Below, piece by piece: positions 10,975-19,588 of a DNA stretch of 64,000 bases (position 1 is the stretch's first letter; every line of letters starts with the position of its first letter). Source of the stretch: Caecitellus pseudoparvulus (lineage: Eukaryota; Protista; Bigyra: Bicosoecida); assembly GCA_965644315.1 (NCBI GenBank), contig CBFFRQ010000027.1:26511-90510 (forward strand). Reading direction: 5' to 3'. The translations under genes were made by a program, and so were the position numbers. The notes under the pieces were generated by a model that was given only the letters and a program-made list of their open reading frames with translations, searched no databases and was not told the DNA's origin.

Positions 10975-10986
10975 CGCGGAAATTGC
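10975..10986 (-). promoter_or_regulatory. Candidate core-promoter/initiator element GCAATTTCCGCG, copy 2
   Basis: Lies 12 nt upstream of the PPIL4 ATG; identical to 618-629. Confidence 0.4.
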
Positions 10987-11406
10987 TTGCTCCCACCCAC
11001 TCCCTCGCGGAGCAGCGGCCAGGCAGCCACACAGCCTTGCCGGAGCAGCCGTGTGCTGAATTGTGTTCCACGTAAGTTTCTTTATGTTTTCGTTTGTGCA
11101 CTGGGCAGGTGCAGGCACATGGAGCGGCAGCGCGCACGGAAGGAGCCAGCCCCCCTTCATCCAGGCGTGAGCCCCCCCCCCTGCCAAACCACTCCCAGCC
11201 CTGGCCAGGCGGTCGAAACCCCCGTACACGGCACTTCCATCCACCCCAATGCTACTTGCATTCCATTCCTCCCACAACTGCATTGGATGGCCTGAGGCAC
11301 CCATCGCCCTGGCCGAATTCGTCACGCTGCCGAGGCGTGTTGGGCTTACCCCTTTGCACCTTGCAGTGCTCGAGAACGGCGCTCCCTGTGGAACTGGGCA
11401 GTCAGC

Positions 11407-14400
11407 ATGGCCGGCCCATTTGCATCTGTTGCACCCCCCCCTCGACGGGGCCTTCCAACCACCCCTGCCCCCTTTCCTGCGCATGCTGTGGCGCTGGAGG
11501 CGGCAGCTGGCGCAGCTGCCCAAGCCACCGCCGACAAAACGGATGTGGCACCGCCTGGACACGCCGCCGGGGGGCAGACGCCGCACCTCCCCTGGACACC
11601 CCTCCAGCTGGCCGCAGCGGCGGGGGATGTGGAGGTGGTGGACCGCCTCATGCGGAGGGGTGGCGCCACCGGCTCCGCACTTGACCTGATGGCAGCGCTA
11701 CTGCCATGTGACGTGCGTACTGCGCCTGGGGTGGCTCGTGACCCCATGCTGGTGCCGTCCGAGTCAGTCATGCAACGCCGCCTGGACGTGCTGCGTTGCC
11801 TGTTGACTCACGGCTGCTCCTGCGATGAGCCCCCGCCACGCCAGGCGACTGCCTGGCGCTTCATCACCATTTTCCGCGCCTGGTCACCCCTGGCCCTTGT
11901 GAGTCACTGGGGCAGTGTGGCGGGCGTGGCCGCCTTGTTGCAGGCGGGTGCCAGCGGCACATCACCACCCCCAGGCCGCATGCAACCCCTTGTTCTGGCT
12001 GCAGCGGGCGGACACACTGACGTCTGTGCTGCGTTGCTGGATGCGGGCGCCAGCTTGCACATGCCCCAAGGCGACGACCTGCTGCCCCTCCCCGCCGCCG
12101 CCGGGTCCGGGTCACTGGACACGGTGCGGTTTCTCGCCGCGAGGTGCGGGTTGCTGGCCCGTGGCGAGCGCGAGCTGCCGCCTGTCAGCGCCTTCGCACT
12201 GGTGGAAGCGGCGACTCACGGCCACAGTGACGTCATGGAGTACCTGCTGGGGCTGGGCGTATCCCCCGACGCAGTGGATGAGGGGGGGGTCTGCGCACTG
12301 TGTGCCGCGGCCGAGGCGGGGGAGCAGGCGGCCGCCTTGCAGCTGCTGGATGCCGGCGCCACGCCCACAGGCAGCAACGAGTCAAGCAAGGCCCATGATT
12401 CGCCCCTGGCGTGTGCGGCCCGGGGGGGGTGTCTCCAGCTCACCCAGCGCCTGCTGGCAGCAGCACCTGTGCACCCGACCACCCTGCGCCTGGCGCTTGA
12501 GGGCGTGAGCAGCCAGGGCAGTCTGCCCTGCGCACAGGCACTGCTGGCAGCCCTGCCAGCAGACACACACCACGCAACCTTCCTACACCGGTCAGTGCTC
12601 ACCGCTGCCGAGGCTGGGCATGTGGGCGTTCTGGAGGCCCTCCTGCGAGCAGGCGCCCCGCCGAACGCGAGCAAGCACAACGGCTGCAGCGCCTTGTGGC
12701 TTGCGTGTGTCAAGGGACATGTGGATTGTGTGAAGGTGCTGTTGGGTGCTGGTGCGGACGTGAATGCGGAGACTTCGCGGGGCTCCACGCCGCTCACCCT
12801 GGCTGCGGAGAAATGTGGCAGCGACATCGTGCGCCTGCTGATCGACGCCGGTGCAGACGTGCACGCCATCACAAATGCTGGTACCTGCAGTGTGTACTTT
12901 GCAGCGCATGCAGGCCATGCAGACAACTTGCGCCTGCTGCTGGCGGCGGGTGCGGGGCCTTCTGTGCGGAAACGGAGCGGCGACCTGCCCCTCATCACAG
13001 CGGCGCGAAACGGCCACGCGGAGTGCGTGCAGGTGCTGCTGGAGGCGGGGGCCGATCCCAACGACACCATGCAGACAGGGGCCACCGCCATCCAGGCCGC
13101 ATCACTGCGAGGACACACGGAAGCAGTGCGCGCGCTGTTGGCCGGCGGCGCCACTCCTGACAAACGCAGCGGCAAGAACCTGGGCGCACTGGGCGGCGCC
13201 AGCGAGCGAGGGCACACGGAAATAGTCAGGCTGCTCCTGGCAGCAGGCGTTAGCCCCGATGCCGCGTACGGAAAGAGTGAGAACACGGGGCTGTGGCTGG
13301 CGTCGAGGTGGGGCAAGCCTGACGTGGTGCAAGTATTGCTGGAAGCAGGCGCTGACCCGAACTTCATCACGCACCAAGGGCACAACACCGCTCTCTGTGC
13401 GGCCTGCTGCTACAAGCACTGGGACATCGCAGGCCTGCTCCTAGAAGCGGGGGCTGACCCCAACATCCGCACTGCCGCTGGCAGCAGCATCATCTGGCAG
13501 GCGGCCACACACGGCAACCTGCCGACGCTGCAGCGCCTGATCGCAGCGGGGGCCGACGTCAACTTCGCAAACAGCAGGGGGTCCACGCCGCTGTCCGTGG
13601 CATCACAAGGGGGGTTCCTGGACATCGTGCGGGCCCTGCTGGCGGCAGGTGCGGAAGTGAACCACCGACTGCAGTCAGGGAACACCAGCCTCTTCCACGC
13701 GGCGCGGGACGGGCACTTGGAGGTCGTGCGCTTGCTGCTGGCTCACGGCGCAGACCCCACCCTCAGCGCGCGGCCGCAGCACCCACCCCTCGTCATTGCA
13801 GCCAGAGGCCGGCACTGGCCAGTGGTGCTGGAGCTGCTGCCCACCGCGACGCCAGGCGGCTTTGCCCTAGAGAGCACGCTGGAGCAAGCCGCTGAGGCGG
13901 GCCATGTGCCGACTGTGCAAGCTGTGATCGACGCGGGGGTGACCCCTGTGGCCGAAGGCGCCATCGCTTGCCTGGAGGTGGCCCTGGCACACGGCAACAA
14001 CGACTGCGCTCGCTTGCTGCGGGACGCCGGGTGGACCGTGCCTGTCATCAACCCCTTCCAGTCCAAGGCCTTTGCCCAAGTGGGCTGGCTAGATCCTGGC
14101 ATGGTGGAGTGGCTTCTGGACCTTGGCTTTTCCGCAAATGCCTCGGACGACGATGGAACGTCCGCACTCATGCTGGCAGCCAACCAGCCAGGCCCGCACT
14201 GCCCGAAAATCATGCAGCTTCTCATGCAGAGGGGTGCAGACATCTGGTGCACCAACAAGCAGGGGCTCAATGCGGTGTGTGGTGCCGTGGCATTCGGCAT
14301 TGACCAGCTGCGTGCTCTGCTCAGCGCCCTGCCCGAGGGCACCAGTCTGCACGGCATGGCCGCCCCCCGCCTTCTGGACCTGGCCATGCTGCACGAAGAT

Positions 14401-15090
14401 GAGACACAAGTGCTGCCACTCGTCCATGCGTTGCTGCGTGCCGGTGTGCACACGGGCGGCATCGTGCGGAACGGCAGCACGACGTGGCTGGCCCGGGGCA
14501 ACCCCACCGCGGCCCACACACAGGCGCTGCTGGAAGTGTTCCAAGGCACGGGCATCTCCTTCCTCCCCGCGCACTGCATTGTGACCATGTGCCAGAGCAA
14601 GGGCCTCTCCGTACCTGCTCTCTGCTGCCTGCTACTGACGCGAGTGGCGCTGTTTCGCTCCGTAGCAGAGCCTGCGGGCATTGCCTGGCCTGAGGAGGCA
14701 GAACGCGAGAACACCGGAGTGCACTTGCGCCTGGACACATGGACGAAGGATGGAATCACTGCCATGGTCAAGATCGAAGTGCCTCGGCCTGGCCCGGACG
14801 AGGACGGGGAGGAGTTGGCTTTCGCGACGAAGCCGCTCCCGCACATGCGCTTGGTGCTCAGTGCCATCAGCTACTTCTGCAACAAAGTCGCCCAGAACGC
14901 CTCTTCTCACAAAGTCATGGGGCTGGTAGCAGAGGGCATCGCTCGAGCGTTCCCTGAGGAATCTGCCGCCCTTGTGGCGGAGTCGTCTGTCCTGGAGAGC
15001 GCCCTGTTGCGAGGTGTGGCACGGCACGGCCGGTGGCACATTCGCAGGCGTGTGGTGCTGGCCATGGCGGCGCTGCAGCAGGGGCGGTGA
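11407..15090 (+). CDS. Intronless ankyrin-repeat protein (roughly 18-20 repeats), 1,227 aa
   Basis: Repeated ankyrin consensus, e.g. GSTPLTLAAEKCGSDIVRLLIDAGADVH and GSTPLSVASQGGFLDIVRALLAAGAEVN. The C-terminal region is unrecognised and ends RWHIRRRVVLAMAAL. Confidence 0.9.
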   Translation: MAGPFASVAPPPRRGLPTTPAPFPAHAVALEAAAGAAAQATADKTDVAPPGHAAGGQTPHLPWTPLQLAAAAGDVEVVDRLMRRGGATGSALDLMAALLPCDVRTAPGVARDPMLVPSESVMQRRLDVLRCLLTHGCSCDEPPPRQATAWRFITIFRAWSPLALVSHWGSVAGVAALLQAGASGTSPPPGRMQPLVLAAAGGHTDVCAALLDAGASLHMPQGDDLLPLPAAAGSGSLDTVRFLAARCGLLARGERELPPVSAFALVEAATHGHSDVMEYLLGLGVSPDAVDEGGVCALCAAAEAGEQAAALQLLDAGATPTGSNESSKAHDSPLACAARGGCLQLTQRLLAAAPVHPTTLRLALEGVSSQGSLPCAQALLAALPADTHHATFLHRSVLTAAEAGHVGVLEALLRAGAPPNASKHNGCSALWLACVKGHVDCVKVLLGAGADVNAETSRGSTPLTLAAEKCGSDIVRLLIDAGADVHAITNAGTCSVYFAAHAGHADNLRLLLAAGAGPSVRKRSGDLPLITAARNGHAECVQVLLEAGADPNDTMQTGATAIQAASLRGHTEAVRALLAGGATPDKRSGKNLGALGGASERGHTEIVRLLLAAGVSPDAAYGKSENTGLWLASRWGKPDVVQVLLEAGADPNFITHQGHNTALCAACCYKHWDIAGLLLEAGADPNIRTAAGSSIIWQAATHGNLPTLQRLIAAGADVNFANSRGSTPLSVASQGGFLDIVRALLAAGAEVNHRLQSGNTSLFHAARDGHLEVVRLLLAHGADPTLSARPQHPPLVIAARGRHWPVVLELLPTATPGGFALESTLEQAAEAGHVPTVQAVIDAGVTPVAEGAIACLEVALAHGNNDCARLLRDAGWTVPVINPFQSKAFAQVGWLDPGMVEWLLDLGFSANASDDDGTSALMLAANQPGPHCPKIMQLLMQRGADIWCTNKQGLNAVCGAVAFGIDQLRALLSALPEGTSLHGMAAPRLLDLAMLHEDETQVLPLVHALLRAGVHTGGIVRNGSTTWLARGNPTAAHTQALLEVFQGTGISFLPAHCIVTMCQSKGLSVPALCCLLLTRVALFRSVAEPAGIAWPEEAERENTGVHLRLDTWTKDGITAMVKIEVPRPGPDEDGEELAFATKPLPHMRLVLSAISYFCNKVAQNASSHKVMGLVAEGIARAFPEESAALVAESSVLESALLRGVARHGRWHIRRRVVLAMAALQQGR

Positions 15091-15212
15091 CTGCGGGCAT
15101 GTGGGGCGTGCATGGTGCCTGGCGTGTGGTTGGGAGTCAGTGCATTTGGAGCCTGTCACACATGCACCCCTTCCCCGCCCAAAGGCCGGCAATGCAGACC
15201 TCTGGGCGGCCA

Positions 15213-17685
15213 TCAGGACCGCCCCAGACCCAGAAGGTCGTCCTCCCCGCCAGAATCGTCATCGACACCCACTGCCTTCACATCTACAGTGTGCTGCGTG
15301 GTGTCACCACCCGCATCCCCTGACGGCAGCGGCGGTGCAGAGGGCTCGGGGTCGCCTGGGCTCAGCACGCCACGGCCCGCTCCCGCCGACACGATGGGAG
15401 ACGTCGGTGGGGGCACACTGGCGCCTGCACCAGCGGCGACAGGTGCCGAGTGCAGGCGGGAATGGACAGTAGCGGACAGCGGCGTGCCTGTCGTGCCGGC
15501 TCCGGCACTCACGACGCGTGGAAGTGAGGCTCGGAACGAGAACGTCCCTGTGGCTTCGTCAAAGCTGGGGCGGGAGCGTTGGCGCACGAGGTCTCCGGGG
15601 CTGCCTGAGGCAGCTGGCCCGAGGGACAGGCCGGGGGAGGAAGGAGGGGGGATGTGGGGGGGGCTCAGCACCCCACCTGCCAGCTCCGGCGACGGCGGCG
15701 CCACAGACGTCGTGCCTGACGCTTCCCCCAGACCCAGCAGGTCCACAGATGCGTCGAGGGAGGAGGCCGGAATGCCAGCCAGAGCCACCTCGCCAGCCTG
15801 CTCACGGGCCTGGCGAGCTGCCAGGATGATGCGGGTGTCCAGGCCGCCCAGCGGCGGCTTGCGCTCCTTGGGCGCAGCGGACACCACCAGGCTGTTGTAG
15901 TGGTCCCCGCCGTGGTACGTGAGGAGGATGGGCGCCACAGACGCCGCTTGCAGCTCTGCGTCGGGCAGCTCCCCGTCAAAGTGCAGTGTGGAGGGCTCCA
16001 GCACTTGCCCCCGCGCGTGGAACTCGTCGGATGAATACACGACCACAGGTCGGTCGAACACCTCCTCTGCCGCGATCTGTTCCGGGTACCCCCCCCACGA
16101 CGTGTCTGCCTGCATGCGCGTGCAGTACTCCTCCAGCGACCCAACGCCGTCCACGCCAGCGGCGATGATGCTGAAGGTGTCGGCGTGTTTCCGCATGTGC
16201 TGCAGCAGCTTGGCTTTCACTGTTCCGTACAGCTCTGCGTCGCCGTAGATCTGGTGCGCGATGGCCCGGAACAGGCACTTGTTGTCGTTGGAGATGGGCA
16301 CGACTTCGAAGCCTGCAGAGGCCAGGGCGGCCCGGAACACCTCGTCTTTCTCCCGGCGTTCCTTCTGCACTGTGCTCTCGGCGGAAGTGGTGACGGAGCC
16401 GTGCGGCTGCAGGCGCGCGGCGATGTCGGGGTTGGAGCAGTCGAACCACATGTCCGGGCGGTGGGGAGCGTCCACGAACCGCACCATGACTGCGTCTGGG
16501 TGTGTGCGCAGCACCTCACCCCACCGCCACTGCTGGTCCCACCCGCCGTGGGCGTAGGGTGCCTTGAACATGTCCAGCACATCCACGTACTGCCCAACGC
16601 CCCACGCGTGCAGGGGGGCGGATGACTTGGCCCCTGCCACCTCCACGTTGGAGGCGGTGGGGTCCACCACGATGGTTTCTGTGGCGGTGGGCCGGTTTGT
16701 GGCGTAGGAGGGGCCAGAGGTGTAGGACACCTCCAGGGCGGTGAAGTCGCCGTCACGAGTCACCGACGTAATACGCGCCAGCACCCACTTGCCGGAGGGA
16801 GTTGGCAGCTGCACGTCCACCCATGCGCCCACGGAGTACGTGTCGGGGTCGCTGGGCACGAGGGTGGCGGGGGAGGAGGGGGGGACGGGGGATGCGCCGG
16901 GGGGGGCCCCCCCCCCCCTGTCAACCAGAGTCCCCCCCTCACCACCCATGGCTTGCACGGGGGTCGTCGGCAGAGTGGGTGTGCCGCCCAGTGCCGTGGG
17001 CGAGAACGGCTGCGACTCCAGATCGCGGTACTGTGGTGTGCTGCCCGTGGAGCGCGAGCCACAGGCTGCGAGGCGGCTGGGGAAGTCGCTTGCGTCCAGC
17101 CACTTGTCGCACTCGGGCGACGGGAAGCCGTCGAACTTGATGCAGATCTTGGACCCGTCAGCCTCCATCTGCTTCACAGTGCCCTTGAACCACTGCTGCA
17201 TGGGGCGGCCGCTGCGCTCGCCTTCGAAGTAGTCCAGCACGTCCACCCGGCTGCCGACGCTGAGGGAGGCAGGCGGCCCCTGGGACGCAGGACCGCTCGA
17301 CACATGGTGTTGGCGTGGAGACTGGCGGTGAGACTCGTGGGCTTGCTGTGATGCGCCCGAAGAGTGCTGGCCCACGGCAGAGTGTGTGCCTGTGGCAGGG
17401 GAGGTGGCTGGCGTGGTGGTGGCACGAAACGCCCTCCCGGCACGCCAACTCACCCATGGGCGCGAGGAGCGACAGGTCCGTCTTGAGGTCCAGGGTGTAT
17501 GACCGACCTAGTGTGCGGTTGCCCCACTCGTCCTCAGAGCGCTCGTTGGTGGTGACAATGACCTTGTTGCGCTGGACTGAAGTTACTTCCCCGACCGTCC
17601 AGCCGCTATGCCGCGTCTTAATGTCCACGAGATCCCCCTCAGCCACGCTGTTCGCGGCGTTTGCCTTGGAAGATTTCGAGCCCAT
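15213..17685 (-). CDS. OTU deubiquitinase (OTUD5-like) with four Tudor/Agenet-like repeats and an N-myristoylation-type N-terminus; 2 exons
   Basis: Exon 17685-17454 (MGSKSSK...), 64-nt intron 17453-17390, exon 17389-15213. OTU Cys box DNKCLFRAIAHQIYGD, WGGYPEQ, His box LLTYHGGDHYNSLV. Confidence 0.88.
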
Positions 17686-18089
17686 GACTCACTGTGCAAG
17701 GGCGCCTCACAGCCGCCGACCTTTCCGGCGCAAGCCTGTGGTGCAAGCGCCAAGGGCTGTGGAGAAGTTTGCAGCGAAACTCCCCCACAACGCAAACGAT
17801 GCAAACCCCGCAATGCACGGGGCTTGGGGCCTTGCTGCAACTAATGGCTGGTGTCGGGTTCGTTGTTTGAGTATGGGCACAGTGAAAGGCTTGCAGGTGG
17901 GATTTGAATTGGTCCAGCGCGGGTGCTGTCGGGCAACGACTTGTTGTCAGGCTTGGGCCTGCGAGTGCTCGGACGGCCGCCCAGCACAGCAGCCCAATTC
18001 ACATCCCCCGGACAACCGCAACGCCTCCATGTGCCACATCGATCCAGCGTGCCACTGCCCCTCCCTGCACCCCGCCAGCCCTTTGCACC

Positions 18090-19367
18090 ATGTCTGAGGC
18101 GTGGTGCTGTGGCTTCGTGGAGACGGTGGGGTGGCTGACACTGCTGGCTGGTGCAGCTGCCGTGGTGCAGTTGATTCTCTTCATGCGCCAGGATGCCGAT
18201 AGTGGGGTGTACTACAAGGACCTTCCAGCGGGGGCGTTCAAGGGCAAGACGGTGCTGCTTGTCGGCGCCAGCAGCGGCAGTGCGTGCGGCAGCTGTAATT
18301 TCCGCACACGCCGACGGAGGCCGCCCTGCCACACACCCGGACCGCCTTGGCGCAGTTGGCGAGGAGCTCGCCTATGCAATGGCTTCGCGTGGAGCCAAGG
18401 TGCTGGCGGCTGCGCGCCGGCTGCCCTTGCTGGAGAAAGTCGTCAAGAAGTGTGCCTCCCTCGGCGGCGCCGGGTCCGAGGCAGTGCAGCTGGACATGTT
18501 GGACACTGACAGCCACGCAGGCGTCATCTCGGGCCTGCTGAAGAAGCATGGGCGCATCGATATTTTGGTGAACAACGCAGGGCGCTCGCAGCGAGCCATG
18601 GTGGAGGACACGGCTTTGGAGGTGGACGTCGGCATGCTGGCGCTGAACGTGACCGGCGTCATCTCCATTACCAAGGCCCTCCTGCCACACTTCCTGCAGC
18701 GAGGCGCCGGACAGATCATGGTGACTTCCTCTGTCGTGCGTCCTCCTTCACGGTGCCCTGCCGCTCGCGCCAGCTGACCCTGTGCCGTGCCCCGTGCTTT
18801 CCCAGGCCGGCAAGGTTGGCAGCACTATTTCCGCATCGTACTCTGCAAGCAAACACGCCATCCAGGGCTACTTCAACGCCCTGCGCTCTGAAGTGGGGTT
18901 CCGAGGCATCTCAGTGCACCTGGCCTGCCCTGGCCCGGTCGCCACACCCATCCAAGAGCACGCCTTCGCAGAGACAGCGGGGGCCAAAGTGGACACCAGC
19001 AAGCCTGACACGACGAAGCGCATGACTGCCGCTGTGCGTGCCTGCAGCGCCACACTGCCCCCACACCCTCGCCCAACCCTACACCTTGCCCCCTTTACAG
19101 CGCTGTGCACACCTCATGGCGGTGCAGCTGCACCATGGCGTGTATGAGGCTTGGATGGCGCCGCAGCCCATCCTGCTCTTCACGGCGCTTGGGCAGTACA
19201 TGCCGACTCTGTTCACGTCCCTGCAGACGCTGTGGTACGGCCCTGCCCGGGTGAACGCCTTCCGCAGTGGTGACATGGGCTACTCAGCCGTGAATTCTGC
19301 CTCGGGTGCTCTTGCTGGCATTCTCTCCGCCATTCTCGGCAAATCCCCCAAGCCAAAAGCGGACTGA
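18090..19367 (+). CDS. DHRS7: Short-chain dehydrogenase/reductase, DHRS7-like, with N-terminal membrane anchor; 4 exons
   Basis: After removing introns 18280-18355, 18736-18805 and 19034-19100: GASSGIG cofactor motif, DILVNNAGRSQRA, TSSVAGK, catalytic YSASK, CPGPV, EAWMAPQP. Confidence 0.88.
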
Positions 19368-19431
19368 CCCCCTGGCGGCCATAAATGCAACGTGTCATCA
19401 TATTTTCAATATTTTCCGTGTCTAACAGCCA

Positions 19432-19503
19432 GCTTCTGTAGCTCAGGGGTAGAGCGTCGCTTTCATAAGGCGCAGGTCAAGGGTTCGATCCCCTTCAGGA
19501 GCA
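19432..19503 (+). tRNA. tRNA-Met(CAT), elongator type, intronless
   Basis: Cloverleaf: acceptor GCTTCTG/CAGGAGC; D arm GCTC/GAGC; anticodon CAT at 19464-19466; T arm AAGGG-TTCGATC-CCCTT; discriminator A. G1-C72 and the TTCG loop argue against an initiator tRNA. Confidence 0.93.
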
Positions 19504-19505
19504 CC

Positions 19506-19511
19506 TTTTTT
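19506..19511 (+). terminator. RNA polymerase III T-run terminator for tRNA-Met
   Basis: TTTTTT two bases after the tRNA 3' end. Confidence 0.8.
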
Positions 19512-19588
19512 CCACACCATGGCTTCACGAAACGCAGCCTCCAAGCCGAACGTGCACACTCAACACGTGAGACATAATACAGATGCAT

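Noticed and set aside
16860-16940. G-run/C-run palindrome and G-quadruplex-like tracts; also poly-G at about 1394-1408
   Set aside because: Explained by Gly/Pro codons in the OTU linker and by the C-rich tract before a minus-strand splice acceptor.
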